Shown: positions 11,768 to 25,800 of the stretch, piece by piece
Numbering within the stretch: position 1 is the stretch's first letter
How the letters are laid out: the number at the start of each line of letters is the position of its first letter
NCBI GenBank assembly: GCA_905331295.1
Contig: CAJNYD010000106.1
Coordinates: 1-64,000, forward strand
From: Rotaria socialis
Taxonomy: Eukaryota
Length of the DNA stretch: 64,000 nucleotides
Reading direction: 5' to 3'
Notes under the pieces: generated by a model
Seen by the model: only the letters and a program-made list of their open reading frames with translations
What the model was told of the DNA's origin: nothing
Database searches by the model: none
Made by a program: the position numbers and the translations under genes

Positions 11768-13104
11768 ATATAGTCATTGCGTCAAATAAGAACAAAAACA
11801 GAAAATGAAACTTTTTTTCTTTTTGATTTCATATTTAAAGGAAATAAATCATCATGTGTTTTGCTAATCAAATAACAAATGACATTGATGCGGGTATTAC
11901 AATTTTTAATTCACACAAACTTGTAAGGTCGAATATTCTGATGATCTTTGCAATAGTTCATAAGAACTAAACTAATACAGACTTGATAAATCGTTGATAT
12001 CACAAATAGAAAAAAAGTCAATGTGTCCTTAGAATATAATGCATGAAAGCAATAAATTTTATAATACATTATTCAATTACAAGCGAAAGTAAAATATTGT
12101 TCATAGACAAACCTTGATATTAATTTATACATATAAACTGTAAACACCTGAAAAATACGATCTATTTTCAGAAGGACAGAGAAGTCTTTTAAACTCTTTT
12201 GATTTATGTATTTACTAAGGGTTTGCAACTATGCCAAAGATTTAAAGAAGAAATATAGAGATAAAAACTGAAATTACTAAAGAAATCTACGATAGTCAAA
12301 TAAAATATTTCACTATTTATACAAGATAACTGATATTCTATCTTTATCCCTCTTAAAACAGCATTAATTCTATTTTCAGTGTAAGAATTTAGTGTGCAAC
12401 GAAGATTTTTTTTTCTTTTCATTTTATATTTGATCAAGAAGCATAACACATACGAAAATGTGATTGAATTATGTTCTTTTTATTTATTATTTAAAATTTA
12501 AATAAAAATTTATTCAAGACAATTTTTCACTTTCATTTTTCTCGATAATTAAAATTTTTTGACGAGCAGCTCATCAGTTTGTTTGAAAGTAAAGTTTGAA
12601 TATCCGATTTAGAAGATTGTCTAACATTAACATTAACACATAAATTCGATAATCATTCATCTTATTCAGTCTGTGTACATGTAACATACGAATTTGAATA
12701 CTTTTTTTTCTCCTTTCTCTTCAATATTGTATTATAACAATAATAATCTTTTTTATACATATGAGGTCGCACTTAGATGTTCATGAGTATTGATACAAAG
12801 CTGATTGCCTTTAAAACAAACAGTCATTCATAGAGATAGTTTTCTTTTCTTTTGACTCTTATAGGATACGAAATAATAGAAAAAAAAATGTGACCAGGTG
12901 TAAGGTATCTTTTTATCAGTATCAATACAGCATGTAGACAAACAGCAACTCAATCTTTCGTTGTTCCTTTTTTTTTGACAACGTAACAAAAGAAGAGAAG
13001 AAGAAAAAAGGTTGTCTCTATCTTAAACACAAACCCGCATTCACTTGAAAAAACAAAGCTCCTTTCATCATCAAACATCGACATTAATAATCAACATACA
13101 CGTC

Positions 13105-16100
13105 ATGCTCACTATATGCAGTTCATGCGGACTACTCACATCATCAAATGAGCATCGATCAGGTAGTAGTCTCTGTGATAAGAAGCAGAAGGAGGAAGAG
13201 AATTTTACCGTCGTTCTAACATTTCCTGTTGTTTTAGATAGACACTTATATTTAATTCATTGCTAAGCCTAAGATATGATAAAATAAATAAGTAGATGCA
13301 AGTATTGATTAATCAAATCAAATTTTTTTCGGATGATAAATATTCTCTCGTGCAAAAATAACATTGAACCTTTTTCTTTCTGAATTAAATATCAATAGTA
13401 CACTTATTGTCTTCATCAGGCACTTGACATATGCGATAGAAAGCGAATTAAAGAGTGTTGAATAGCATTTTTCATCTTGAGCCTTTGATTTACTTTTTTT
13501 AATGAAATTTCTTTTCTTTTTTCTTCATTTCTTTTGTATATATTAGATAATTTACTTTAGACATAAAACTCTTTTTTTAAATTGTCATTTTCAATCATAT
13601 ACGTATGTATACATGTGACATCGTAAGTGTGCGTACTGTAATTGACATGCATTATCTCAATCCATCATCTTACTAGTGGACAGTCGCTCGGAAATTATTT
13701 TGTTTGAAAGCAGACAACAGAATAAAATAACGGAAATAATAGAAAAAAAAGAAACTAGACTAGACTTATTAACGAGAAAAATCTTAGACAGACTAAAGAA
13801 ATGACCTATACGTATTAACACTCATTTTGATCAATAATGATTCTTAAAAGCGTAACCACCTTTCATTTTAATTGGTTATTCTTATTGACGTATGAGTGTG
13901 CATGTTGAGGTACTTGCATGCAATTTTCTGTTTATCCCTTATGCGTTGTATTATAAGTTAAATACTATGCGGAGAAAATGGCACGATTTGTCAACCCATC
14001 TGATGTCTGAATTTAAATGTCACCTAAGGGGTTATCTGTCATTGTCCGATCTTTTTCTCTTCTTCTCCATTTATTTAATAACCGTTTCTGCGACGACGAC
14101 GACGATGATGTATGAGTCTGTGCATTTGATAGTGAGAGAGAGAGAAAGCGAGAGCATTGTGTCATCTATTATACCTTTTTTTTCTCTTCACTCTTTCTCG
14201 CTTTTTCCGTTTGATGGTGTTAGTTGTGTTTCAATTTTTTTTTGTTTCGCCGACACATTGCGAATGTCTAACGATGCACAAGTCCCATTTGAAAGCATTA
14301 ATTCCAGGGAGAGGATTACTTTTCCCTCTCTCTCTCTTCTTATACCGGCCTTAGCTCGAGGCATTTACCATGTAGACCAAATAAAAACTATCTTTGTCTA
14401 TTTGTATTTCGCCGTTTAGATAGGTTAAGTATTTTGAAGGACAGCTGACAAAGAAGCAAAACAAAAATAATTGTCCTAATAATTATACTATTGACGTTTG
14501 AATAGGTGTCGAAAAGTTCAATTTAACCCTGAACTCGTATAACGTTAGTGAATGATAACGCTTGTATAGTATGTGTTATACGTTCTCCTTTTGTCTGTAT
14601 TGTAACTAACTCAATCGTTCTTCATTTTCTTTTCTTTGTGTTCTTATTCTTTTAAATGAACAATCTACAGTCTATGATGTTTACATATCAATTTCGTTTA
14701 GGCTGTAAAGCAGCTACTATTGAATCAACTACAAGAGAAGAATCAATGTCAGAGTCATCGAATCATATTGAAAGTAGTAGTTTATTTAATACAATTTCAA
14801 ATGAGCACACACTTTTTGCTGGAACACTTCGTGATTGGTGTGACCCACTATTACAGGGACAAGAACGAATACCAGTATCATTGTGTCCACGATGTGCTTC
14901 ATGCCGATGTGAATCATTGAAAGATTTATCAAATTCATCCCATCATTCAAAACGTCAACACCAACACCAACGAAATCATGATCCATCGTGTCCAAAATAT
15001 CGTCAGCATGAACGAACTAAATCAACAAGTAAACGACGCGTATTTAATAAACCGAAACGTCGTGCGATTTCGCATGATCCCTCAATAGCATTAACAGATA
15101 AATTAGTTGAACGTACTCCATCACCCTCTTTAACTTATCGAATTGAACGACGAGAGACAACATCGAAAATTCCGATTCGAATATCAACATCCTCATCAGT
15201 TGCTACAACAAGTGAATATTCTCCAGCATCATCCATAAATAGTAGTCGATCATCAAATATGAAAACGAAAATTCCTCGACCAATATCAAATCAACATATA
15301 ATATGTACACCATTAGTTACATATTCTACTCAAAGTTCAGCAACAACTGATGAAGATTTAAATGATTATGATCATGATCATGATAGGTAAATTTTCTTTT
15401 TCAATGATCAAAAGAAAAATATCCATTGTTGTTGATAGATTGATGAATACATTGAAATGCTTTGTTTGAGAACGATCTCTTAAGTAGCTAAAAGCAATAA
15501 GTTAAAAAATAAAAGCTATTCCGATCGGTGTAATGGATTAATAAGTTGTAGAGAGTCTTATAAAAATGATAAAAACTTGAACCATCCAAGCATTTCATGC
15601 ATTGTTTTTCTTTTCTTTTTTTGATTTATACGACTTCTGATTTTCCACTATCGATTGTAATTTTATTTTTAGCGAACCTAAATTTTCTTCATTTAAATCC
15701 CATAAGTCAATTTATTTAGTCTTCAAATAGGAAAGAAAAACACAAGCATCACTAGAAATTCGAAATAACAAATTGCCTTCTAAAACAAACTCTTCTCTTC
15801 GTATTCGACTTAGTAGAATTCATTTGATTGTTTTAACAGAAAACTCATCGGCATAGATTACATTCAATTGGCATAGATCATAGAAATTCGATGTAAAAAA
15901 CTATGAATAATGATAGATTTATGATATTACAGTATCTATTAAATGACCACAGTACTAGAATAACTGTATTTCTCTTTATGAAACAAGAGTTTATGTAATC
16001 CCAGGCAATTTAAAACATCTCCTCGCGGTCTTCTATGGTTTCCTTTTCGCTCTTCTCTTTAGCACCAATACAAGCCAACAAATCAATAAGTATTACCCGT

Positions 16101-16837
16101 AGGAGAGTTCGATAAGTGCCATGATCATCATGTTAACAAATAAACAAAACAAGAAGAAAAAAAAAGGCGAAAACCTTTTTAGTTCGATTAGATAAAAACA
16201 GAAATGATGAACATTCTTTCAAATTAAAGTCTTAATCACTCTACATAGTAACATTAAGTGTTAGGCTTTTAAATAAATATAATTCTTTGAATTTATAAAA
16301 AAAATCGACAGCTGAACACATAGTTTTTTTTTTAAATACTTTTACTCTCTACTTTACATAGCTTCAAGGTTGCCATTGCTATAGACACATTTAAATGCTG
16401 TAGATACTTGAAAATTCTTCAAGAGAGAAGGTAGAATATGTATATTTAGATCTACATACATAGAAAATACATAGAAAAAAACTTCAATCCATTTACGTTT
16501 TGTTTCTCTATTTATTCTCATGTTTCTTTTTCGAATGATTTCGATGAGAAGATGGCCATATTACCAGGTAACATAATCTGCTATTTCACCTTGTTTGATT
16601 GATTTCCTAATATTTCCTCTTCTCAAAAATTACGCTGATCTGTTGTAGTCGTAAGAGAAGGATTCCGATATTCTGGCTGTTCTTTTTTCTTTTTTATTCT
16701 CTCGATCATAAGTGTGTGCTGAAAACAAAAAAGTATCGGATTATTCATCGGAGCTTAAACGAATGAGAATGATTTTCAGACGAGAAGAAAAACAAGAAAC
16801 CAGTGTAGTATCTGCTTATATTAAAATTGAGGTATAT

Positions 16838-16873
<36 letters not shown>

Positions 16874-19800
16874 AAGGCACACGCGGGTTCGTATGGCAAC
16901 AACTTGTACGACTATAATTACGAATCTTTAATCAATAAAGCAATAATTATCATTCAAATTTTATTCATAAATTTAAATTCTTTTATTTTATTATATAGTT
17001 TGCAGGGCGATACCTGTCAAAAACTTCCAACAATGTCTGAAAATGAATTTTATAATATGGACATATCATCGAAAAAGAAAAAGAAGAACATTATGATGTT
17101 GTATTGTACCACAAACGGTACAAATCAATTAGATCACATCGATGAGCAAAATTTATTGAAGAAGAAGAAGACAAAGATGTCATCATTGTTAAAAACGCAT
17201 AGTCACAGTGAATCATCGTCTGAAAAACGACGTCGAAAATTTTGGCATAGAGAAAGTATGTATCCAAGTAAATATTCAAATCGATTTCCTTTTCGTATAT
17301 TATAAAAACATTGAGATGGGTTATGCATCAGAAAAGAAAAGAAAAGAAAAAAACCATCAAGCATCTACTGAGTCAATGTACTTCACCGAAAAAAAAAAGA
17401 CAAATAGAGTGTAGTATTGAGTCTGAAATATTCACTCAAATTCGTTGCTTTTTTCAGCAGAAAAAATATACTTAAAAGTGTCAACCTTATTTATTTCGAT
17501 CATGAATGTCATTTAACACACCCAAATTTACATCATTAATTATAATTCGAAAAACATAACCTATACACATGCGAAGTCAAACAAGAGAAAAAAAATAACA
17601 TATCGATATTGTAATTTAATCAACTTCGCATGATTTAGTTCTGTGCCAGAGAGCCAAAATAACTGTAGAATATGTACGAATGTTTTTACAAGCAGATTGA
17701 GTTCCACATTCTGTTTCTTTTTCTTCAATAATGATCTACTTTCAATGGTGTTCTGTATGTCTGTCATATATAGACGCACAACGATCATCACCAAACCAAA
17801 CAGAAAAAGTGTCGTATAAATGTCCATATTAGTAATAGACAGAAAGTATACAATAGTTCTTTTCCTCTTTTTTTTTTGTTTTATTCTTTTACACATATAT
17901 TATTTGCAGTGCAATTGACACGCGCAATCACAGAAGAGAAACAAATTATTCGTACTGATAATAAAACCGATACATATCGGTATTTTCTTTCAAACAACTT
18001 TGATTAAAGTAAAAACCTATGTCATCTTTGTGTTCTGGTTGCCATCAATTAAAAAAGCAAAGTAGATTTGAACCTGACCGGATTTTGTGTAAGTTTATCA
18101 TGCATATGTTTTGCAAATCACTTTCGAGTGAAAAATTTACAAAGAATATTGTCTATGCCTTACGCTTACTTAGGCGGTATATCATGTGTGCGTATATATA
18201 TGCAAATATGCCTTTTCGTCAGCTGTGTATATAGAAAAATCAAAGTCGGTTTAACAAAAAAAAGAAAAAGTACCGATGAGAAAAAAAGGTGGGTGTGAGA
18301 AGTTCGGTGAACAAATAATTAGAGTATACATATACATTTTTATTATTATCGGTAATCGTTTCCGGGCAGACACATAGTCAGTCTACGAATATGTTAGCTG
18401 TTGGCTAGAGAAACTATTACAAGTTGTCTGTCTTTGATTAGTTTCTCCTTTTTTTTGCTAATGTTGGTACGCAAATCAATCTTGGCGATTAGTAAAATTT
18501 GTTCTCATTCATTAGAGAATTTGAATTATTGATCAGAGAAAAGCAAACAAAGAGAACTCTGTCTCGCCTTTTTTTTAATCAATATTTTACCTAACGGATT
18601 ATCATCAGCGAATAAAAAAAAATGATCTTAGAGAATTCGATTTATAATTAGTGATCGTAAGCGCAGTACGTATGTGGACATAAGTCTCCTATACTAGATG
18701 ACACAAATAGGAAAGAACAAAGCAGAGAGAGAGAGAGAGAGAGCGAAGAGAGAATGAAAAAAATACATATACGTTGTACAATGATCGGAGAGCTTTGCTT
18801 TACATTCTTTCCTTTTTTTTCTCTTCTTCTACATCTTGATGTCATTACTCGGTGGGCGGTAACGACGACAAGCGAATGCTATTACCTATCGAACGTTACA
18901 TTTGATACATAAGATTTGTATCAAAAGAAATTAATGCTGTTGTTGTTGTTGTTTTACTTAAATACTACGTAATATGTTATTCAAGTGCCATTAACCGATA
19001 TATCAATCGTCTGTCCTATAAGATATTTTTAAGTGATTGAACAAAAAACGTTTTTCTTCAAAATGTTTCCTTCACTTGGTACATTGGTGAATAAGACAAT
19101 GCTTGCGATACGCGGTGAGTGAACTATTAAGATATGTATATATATATATATATATAGATTTTGTTGGCTTGATTGCACGAGACGCTCGTAATTAATCATA
19201 AATATATATATATAAGTAAAACAAAATATGAGACACAATATCCTCTTTGTTTCGGCAATAGAGTACAAAGATAAGAATCTAATTTTAATTTTTTTCTTTT
19301 TGTTTTGATATATGTATATTTATACACAGTGATGAGTTATTATCAAGTGTTGAAATTATTATCTTAATGAGTTACAATTAAAGATCAAATGTCGAAGTAG
19401 CAAATTAGGAGACAAAACATGCATGCGTCAAACTCCTTTTATTGAGGAGTATACCAGAAAATATATACGTGCATATCAAGTTACGAAAACGTGTTTCTAT
19501 ATAGACTCATTATACTTTATCATGAATGTGAGAAGTAGCTATGAAATTTTAAAAAAACCAACAACAGTTCAATCGAATACTGTTTCATTAACATAGCAAC
19601 AGAGAAAAAGAAAACCGGGATCATCATTATTTGCCTAAGGGACATTATACAATCATTGATTATTATGTTTAGATAGTAGTTAAACTAGTAGCATCATAAT
19701 ATAAGTCAACTACATCCTCAAGTAAATACATATATAAGCAATAGAAGATCACAATTTTCTTTTCTTCGCTTTTTGCTTAATGTTCAGACAAACAAACTTT

Positions 19801-22800
19801 GCACACATTTCTTGAGATTCTTGACAATGCTAATCAAGTTTTTTTCTTGTTCATTGTGTATTCGATATCAATACAATCGAAAAAAAAACACCTCTTTGTA
19901 AGATTTTCAAATGAGAATCATTTTCAGTGCTGTGTACGTGATTCGTTTTTTTCTGCTACTTCAATTTCTTGTCCATAATTTATTATGGAAAAGGCAAACT
20001 ATTGTTCAAGTGTATTTGATAATAACATAACATTATCGTAATCCATTCGATACGATACGATATGACTTCTGGTGCCTTTACCTAACCGTATGAAAACGAT
20101 CTTTTTGACTTTTTTGTTTTGTTTAAGTATGCATTACATGTGAACTAGAATTCGGTGTGTGTGTGTGTTACAGCACTCATTTTCGTTAATTGAATTTAAG
20201 ATGACGACTCGAGACTTGTACAATGACTACTTGATGTTCGGTGACAACAGCAAGTGTTTGCATTCACCTACGCCTGATTGAGCATCTGATGCATTGTGCA
20301 TTATTCCATTTCTAACCTTGCAGTGTCATTTTGTTGAAAATTTAACCGTAGACCAATGAGAAGAAGACAAAAAAAGAAACTTCGTACTGATGTCTTAGCA
20401 AACATATTAAAATCCAATCGATTGAGCAATGTTGTAACAGACAAGAAGAAAAAAAGCATGGAAGATAAGTGTCAACAAAGAAAAAATGAAGACAACAACG
20501 AAATTGATGTTCAAGGTTGTAGATTTTGTCCAATGCTTTATCTAGGTTTTTTTTATCGATAATTGATAAACAAAAAATGATATTTTATGATCAAAGGTAA
20601 TTATTTTCGTTGATGACCCTGTATTGAAAATGACGAATATTCATGATGCCTTGACACTCTGTTCTCCGTATGAATATATTGACTAACATCATTATCATTT
20701 GATAGATGGTAGTAGATTTAATGTTCTGGTTCTGTTCATTTCTTTTCTCCCCTGTTTCATTACTGTGGCGAAGGTTTTTTCTTTTGATCGACTGGTCTAT
20801 GATTGACTTTTTTGAAATAGGCCGTCATTCGAAATCGAAATCAGCAGGAACATCATCATCGCCGCCTATTAACGATCTGTCATCAGCAACTTCTTCTTCG
20901 TCGTCATCATTATTATCCAATAGCTGTTCATCATCTATTGAACCTAGAAAAAAGACTCGTTCCTATAGACTAGCTTCCCCTACTCAAACTGCACAAAACC
21001 CTCCTATATCTGATGATTCATTATCGGAAAAAAGTGAACGTTTATTGAAAAAGAAACGCCCACATTCATCATATACGGCAATTGGAGCAACAGAAGATTC
21101 ATCACAACATGAATCATTACGATCGATACCACCATCAGTTTATCTAATTGAATTAAAAAATAATACTCGTCCAACGAATTCATTTGGATTAACAAAAACA
21201 ATTACTTACGTCTGGAAAAGTAGTTCATCAAAAAAAGACGATGAACGCTTATATACATATCCAAAATATACTGTTGAACAAGTATCACCTATGATCGATC
21301 AAGATCGACGTTCAATACCAGTATCATCTCGTCATATTACATTACAACGTGGTAAAATAGATTATTGGGAAAATATGAGAGCATCACCGGATTCAGTTTT
21401 AACGTCATCATGTCAAAATCATATTGGTTCAGCATCAAATTTACTTTCGCTTTCGTTCGAAAATCAACCAAAAGATGCTAGACATAATACGAATGCAATT
21501 GGACATGTTATATCGGTAACAACAACGAAACGTCGTCAACCATCGTTATTAAATCAAACTCAAAATTCACAATGGAATATTGAAGGTGATGGCAAACAAC
21601 TTCGATATTCAAACCTGAAATGGTATAGTGTAGATCAATTACAAAAAGATAATCGACATACAACCAAACAACGAATAAAACGAAAATATCAACAGGAACT
21701 CCTACACACATCCGATAGTGCAACCGATACAGGATCATCAAGTGATCAACATAATCGATCGGCACCACCCATTCTTCAACGCACAACTAACACAAATGTA
21801 GCGAATCAAAATCATGAAGGTATGATAAAAAGAAAAAAAACTTGAATCTTTCAATAAACCAGCAAAGGAAACTATCGACAAAGATTTAACAAAAAATAAA
21901 ATAATATCACTAGGGATGTTACACGATTTTTCATTCTTATGAGCAAATATATACTCTCCGGATCGTGCCATAACATCTATCTACAATAGAAATTAGATCA
22001 TAGTACTCTCGTCGTGAACTTTACATGTTCACAAGACAAAACAAACATTCTTAAATCGATAACCGGCGACCGGAAAACGACTGCAAACGTTTTTCTTTGC
22101 CCACCATGACCGGCCGTATGACATTAGTCTCTCGCAAACAGTGATTGCACAGTTAGAAATATTACCTTATGAATATACTTTTTACTCATTCTATTTCCGG
22201 TTATATTAGGCTACGAAAATCATTTTAGTCATATTTTCATAATTTTTCAAAAATCCATTACCTTACAAATCGAAATTTCGCCATCTGATATCGAAAATCA
22301 AGGTCGTCACTATTAAAGTAAAAACAAAAAAATATGCTAATTCGAACCGCATTTCCTTTTCTCATAAAAATTAAATCGTAAACATGATAAAATCCTTCAT
22401 TCATACTTCCATTGTTAATCATACATGAAGAAACCAATGAATATCTGGTAAGAACGACCTACTCTCCAGTTTAGTCATAAACAAAAAAACAAAAATATCG
22501 AATTTCAAAAAATTAATCCATGAAAAAAATTCGTTAAATTCCTTATGACAACAAATAGTATTTCGAATAGAAAGTATTATGCATAATGATTTAGAGAATT
22601 TTTATTTATCTCTATCATACATCATTAGCCGATGTTTATCAAACATCATTTTTATTGTTCTCAATAATCTATTGATTTCCGCCGATTGATCTTCTCTCTC
22701 TTTATATATATATATATTCGCACCTATTTACTTACGAAAACAATATCATAAATGCATAGATAAAGATATTGAAAGAAAAGTTTTGATCCATTTGATTATT

Positions 22801-25800
22801 TTCTTTTAGTTTTTGAAACAATTTTAATGAATAAACAAACAGATTCCACCATACCTGATTATTCATCATTTAATCGTGAAGTCAATGATGCATCGTCACC
22901 TGTAAAACATAATGAAATTCAACAAACTCATTCATCACCGTCGTCGTCGTCGTCGTCGTCGTCGTCAAAAGACAAGCTTGACTTGATAGAAAAAATCATT
23001 AAAAATGAATGTTCGAATTCTTCATCAAAACGGAAATTAAATTCCTATGCGAGTACAGATGAAGATGTAGATGAATTTAATTTAGATTATTCCGATGGTG
23101 TTAATCGTTCAGCAACAACAACAATTCAAACGTATCGCGATCGATTAAATGCACGTTTGAATCCTGAACAACTGGAGACAAATTCAACCAATCGGAAATT
23201 TCTATCAACTGAATGTTCCCAAGTAACAATTGATTCCGGTGTTGATATTGCCAGTGAACAAAAATTATTTCAATTGAAAATCGATGAACAATATTCCGAA
23301 GAAACTACTAATCAAAATGATTTATTTGCTCTATCGGATGATTCATTACTTGATATTGAATCACCCTATATGAATGATTTATCTCTAAAACCCTCATTTA
23401 TAATCAAACAACAACAATTAAGATCATATACAGATGATAGTGAAGGAGGTCGAAGTTATTTAACCGCTATAACTGATATTCCATCATTGACTAAAACTGA
23501 TCGTGTACCATCGAATACAAGTGAACAATATTATTCAGCTGATAGCGATTTTAATACATCGTTATCACTTGCAAATAACGATATTGAATTCGAAAATCAA
23601 ACTCATCCTGGTCAAGGAATACAAGAATTGTCACCTGACCAATCATCAGCATCATCAACAGCATCGCCAATACCACCTGAAATCGATTCACAATTACCAG
23701 CATTTGGTGATTGGATCGATGGCGTATTTACAGCATTTCTTGCCGAAACTAATCAGCAATCAAATTCAACAAGTCGCTCATCATCAATTTTATCTGTACA
23801 TATATCGCAACATACAATTGATACCTCATCATCACAAGTTTTAACTGTTATTGAAAATAATAAAAATCATCCAAATTTAACAATTATGGAGAAATATTCG
23901 ACCACGTTCGATGATAACAATCGAATGAATTCCTCGCATGGTCGCTCACAATCATCGCCAAATGGTGAATTACAAAAAGATGATGCAAATTTGAAAGGTA
24001 ATCTTTTTTGTTCTTCTTCGCTCAGAAAAATAAAATAGCGCAGGAAACATATTCATACGAGAGAGGGAGAGTGTACAGCTGTTAGCATCAAGGTTGCCAT
24101 GAGATGCTAATTATAATTCAAAAATGTATGTTTGGTTCCTCTCTAGAAATGTCAATTTCAAGTCTAAACAATGAAAACAATAATGACAACTCATATAAAA
24201 ATGTTAACAATTGTAAAAACATTAGTACTATTGACGCACAAGTTGCAAATAAACAATCAACATCATTACTATTGTCATCAATTGAAAGTGGTGATGACGG
24301 TGAGTTTTAACTATTATAGCGAAACGATCAACAAGAATAGAAAGAAAAAAGAGAAGAAAAAAAAAGAAAGACGGCGTGTGAGAACCATTTCCTTTCACTG
24401 CGAATGTATGCGTGTCCCCTCTCTGGAATAGTGTAAGGTGAAAGAGAGAACGAAAGAAAAAAAAATACACCTAATACTTTTTCTCATTCTTCATTCCTTT
24501 TTTTTGCCTGAGAAGACAGGCAACCTGTTCAATGATGGAGGTCAACTGTTGGCATAAAGTAAGCAACAAAAATAACAGATTAAATACATATTATATTATT
24601 TTTAATGGTTTCATAGTAGTGATTAGTGTACGATACAAATGTAATCTGTTTGTTAAACATACAGATTTTTTGCTTTGGAGAACTCGAATGTTTTCTAACT
24701 AAAGAATAGGAAAAAAAATGCGACAGTGAAAAGTATATAGTAGTAGTACACGCCTTCGCATATACTCATGATAATCGATTTAACATGCGCATTTTGTTGA
24801 ATGGATACCTGATCGTTGTTTTCAATCAAAGAGCACGGGCCGATTGCCTATACTGCGCTCGTTTAATGATGAGCGCCGGCTTTACCTGTTCAACATATTC
24901 TTTCTTTTTTTCGTGCTCTTATTGTCTGACAATAGTCAAAATAGACACAAAGTAAACCATGCGAAAGTGCTTGAACAATAGTCTATTAGATGAAGACGAG
25001 CGGGGCGTCGACAGAACACTTGAAAATATGCACATATATACATAGCTACTGCATGCATCTATCTACTTAAATAAGCTGACCGTTGTAAGACAACAACTAA
25101 TTGTGTAGAGAAACAAATATTTTATTTTTATCATTCTAGAGGTGATTAACAGGGAAACAATGCAAAGTAACTTTGTCGATCATCACACAATTCATTTTCT
25201 TAATATAAATCTTTTTCGTATAGATGACAAAATATTTTCACTTTCTAATACAACCACGAACAATATTGATGTGGGAAAGGTAAAGGAAAAAGAACAGGAT
25301 GACGATACACATCATATTGAAATTGGAGCCGAGAGTGACAACAAAAACGACAGCCCACTTATACAAGTAGTAATGCCAGATGAATCATCTCCATCACCAT
25401 TTTCATTCTTCGAAGGATTCCATTATCGGGAATCCCAACAAAATCAACACGCGAATAGTCATGACTCATTACTTCAACCTGATCATATTCCAATAATGAG
25501 TACTATCAATACAGCCGCATCCTCATCTGATGATCTATCCAGTACACATCAATTGTTATCGTCAGCATTTCATTCAAAAGACTCAGCACTTGGCTTATCA
25601 GATGATAATTTAAATTGTTTACAAACGAATGAATTTAATATTCAAGATATTCACAACGATTATGATGAAGATGATGATCGACAACAACAACAGCAACAAC
25701 AACAACAACGTGCTCGAATATCATTGCCCTTATCAAATGTGCAGCAAGGTGAAAGTAAATATCTTTATATCTGATTGGTTTTTCATTTTTGCTCTAAATT

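Noticed and set aside
11165..11795. Three short minus-strand ORFs
   Set aside because: Antisense to TMCO1 exons.
13892..14419. 175-aa ORF
   Set aside because: Lies in the predicted first intron, runs through (GA)n/(CT)n tracts and has Phe/Leu/Ser composition typical of non-coding AT-rich DNA.
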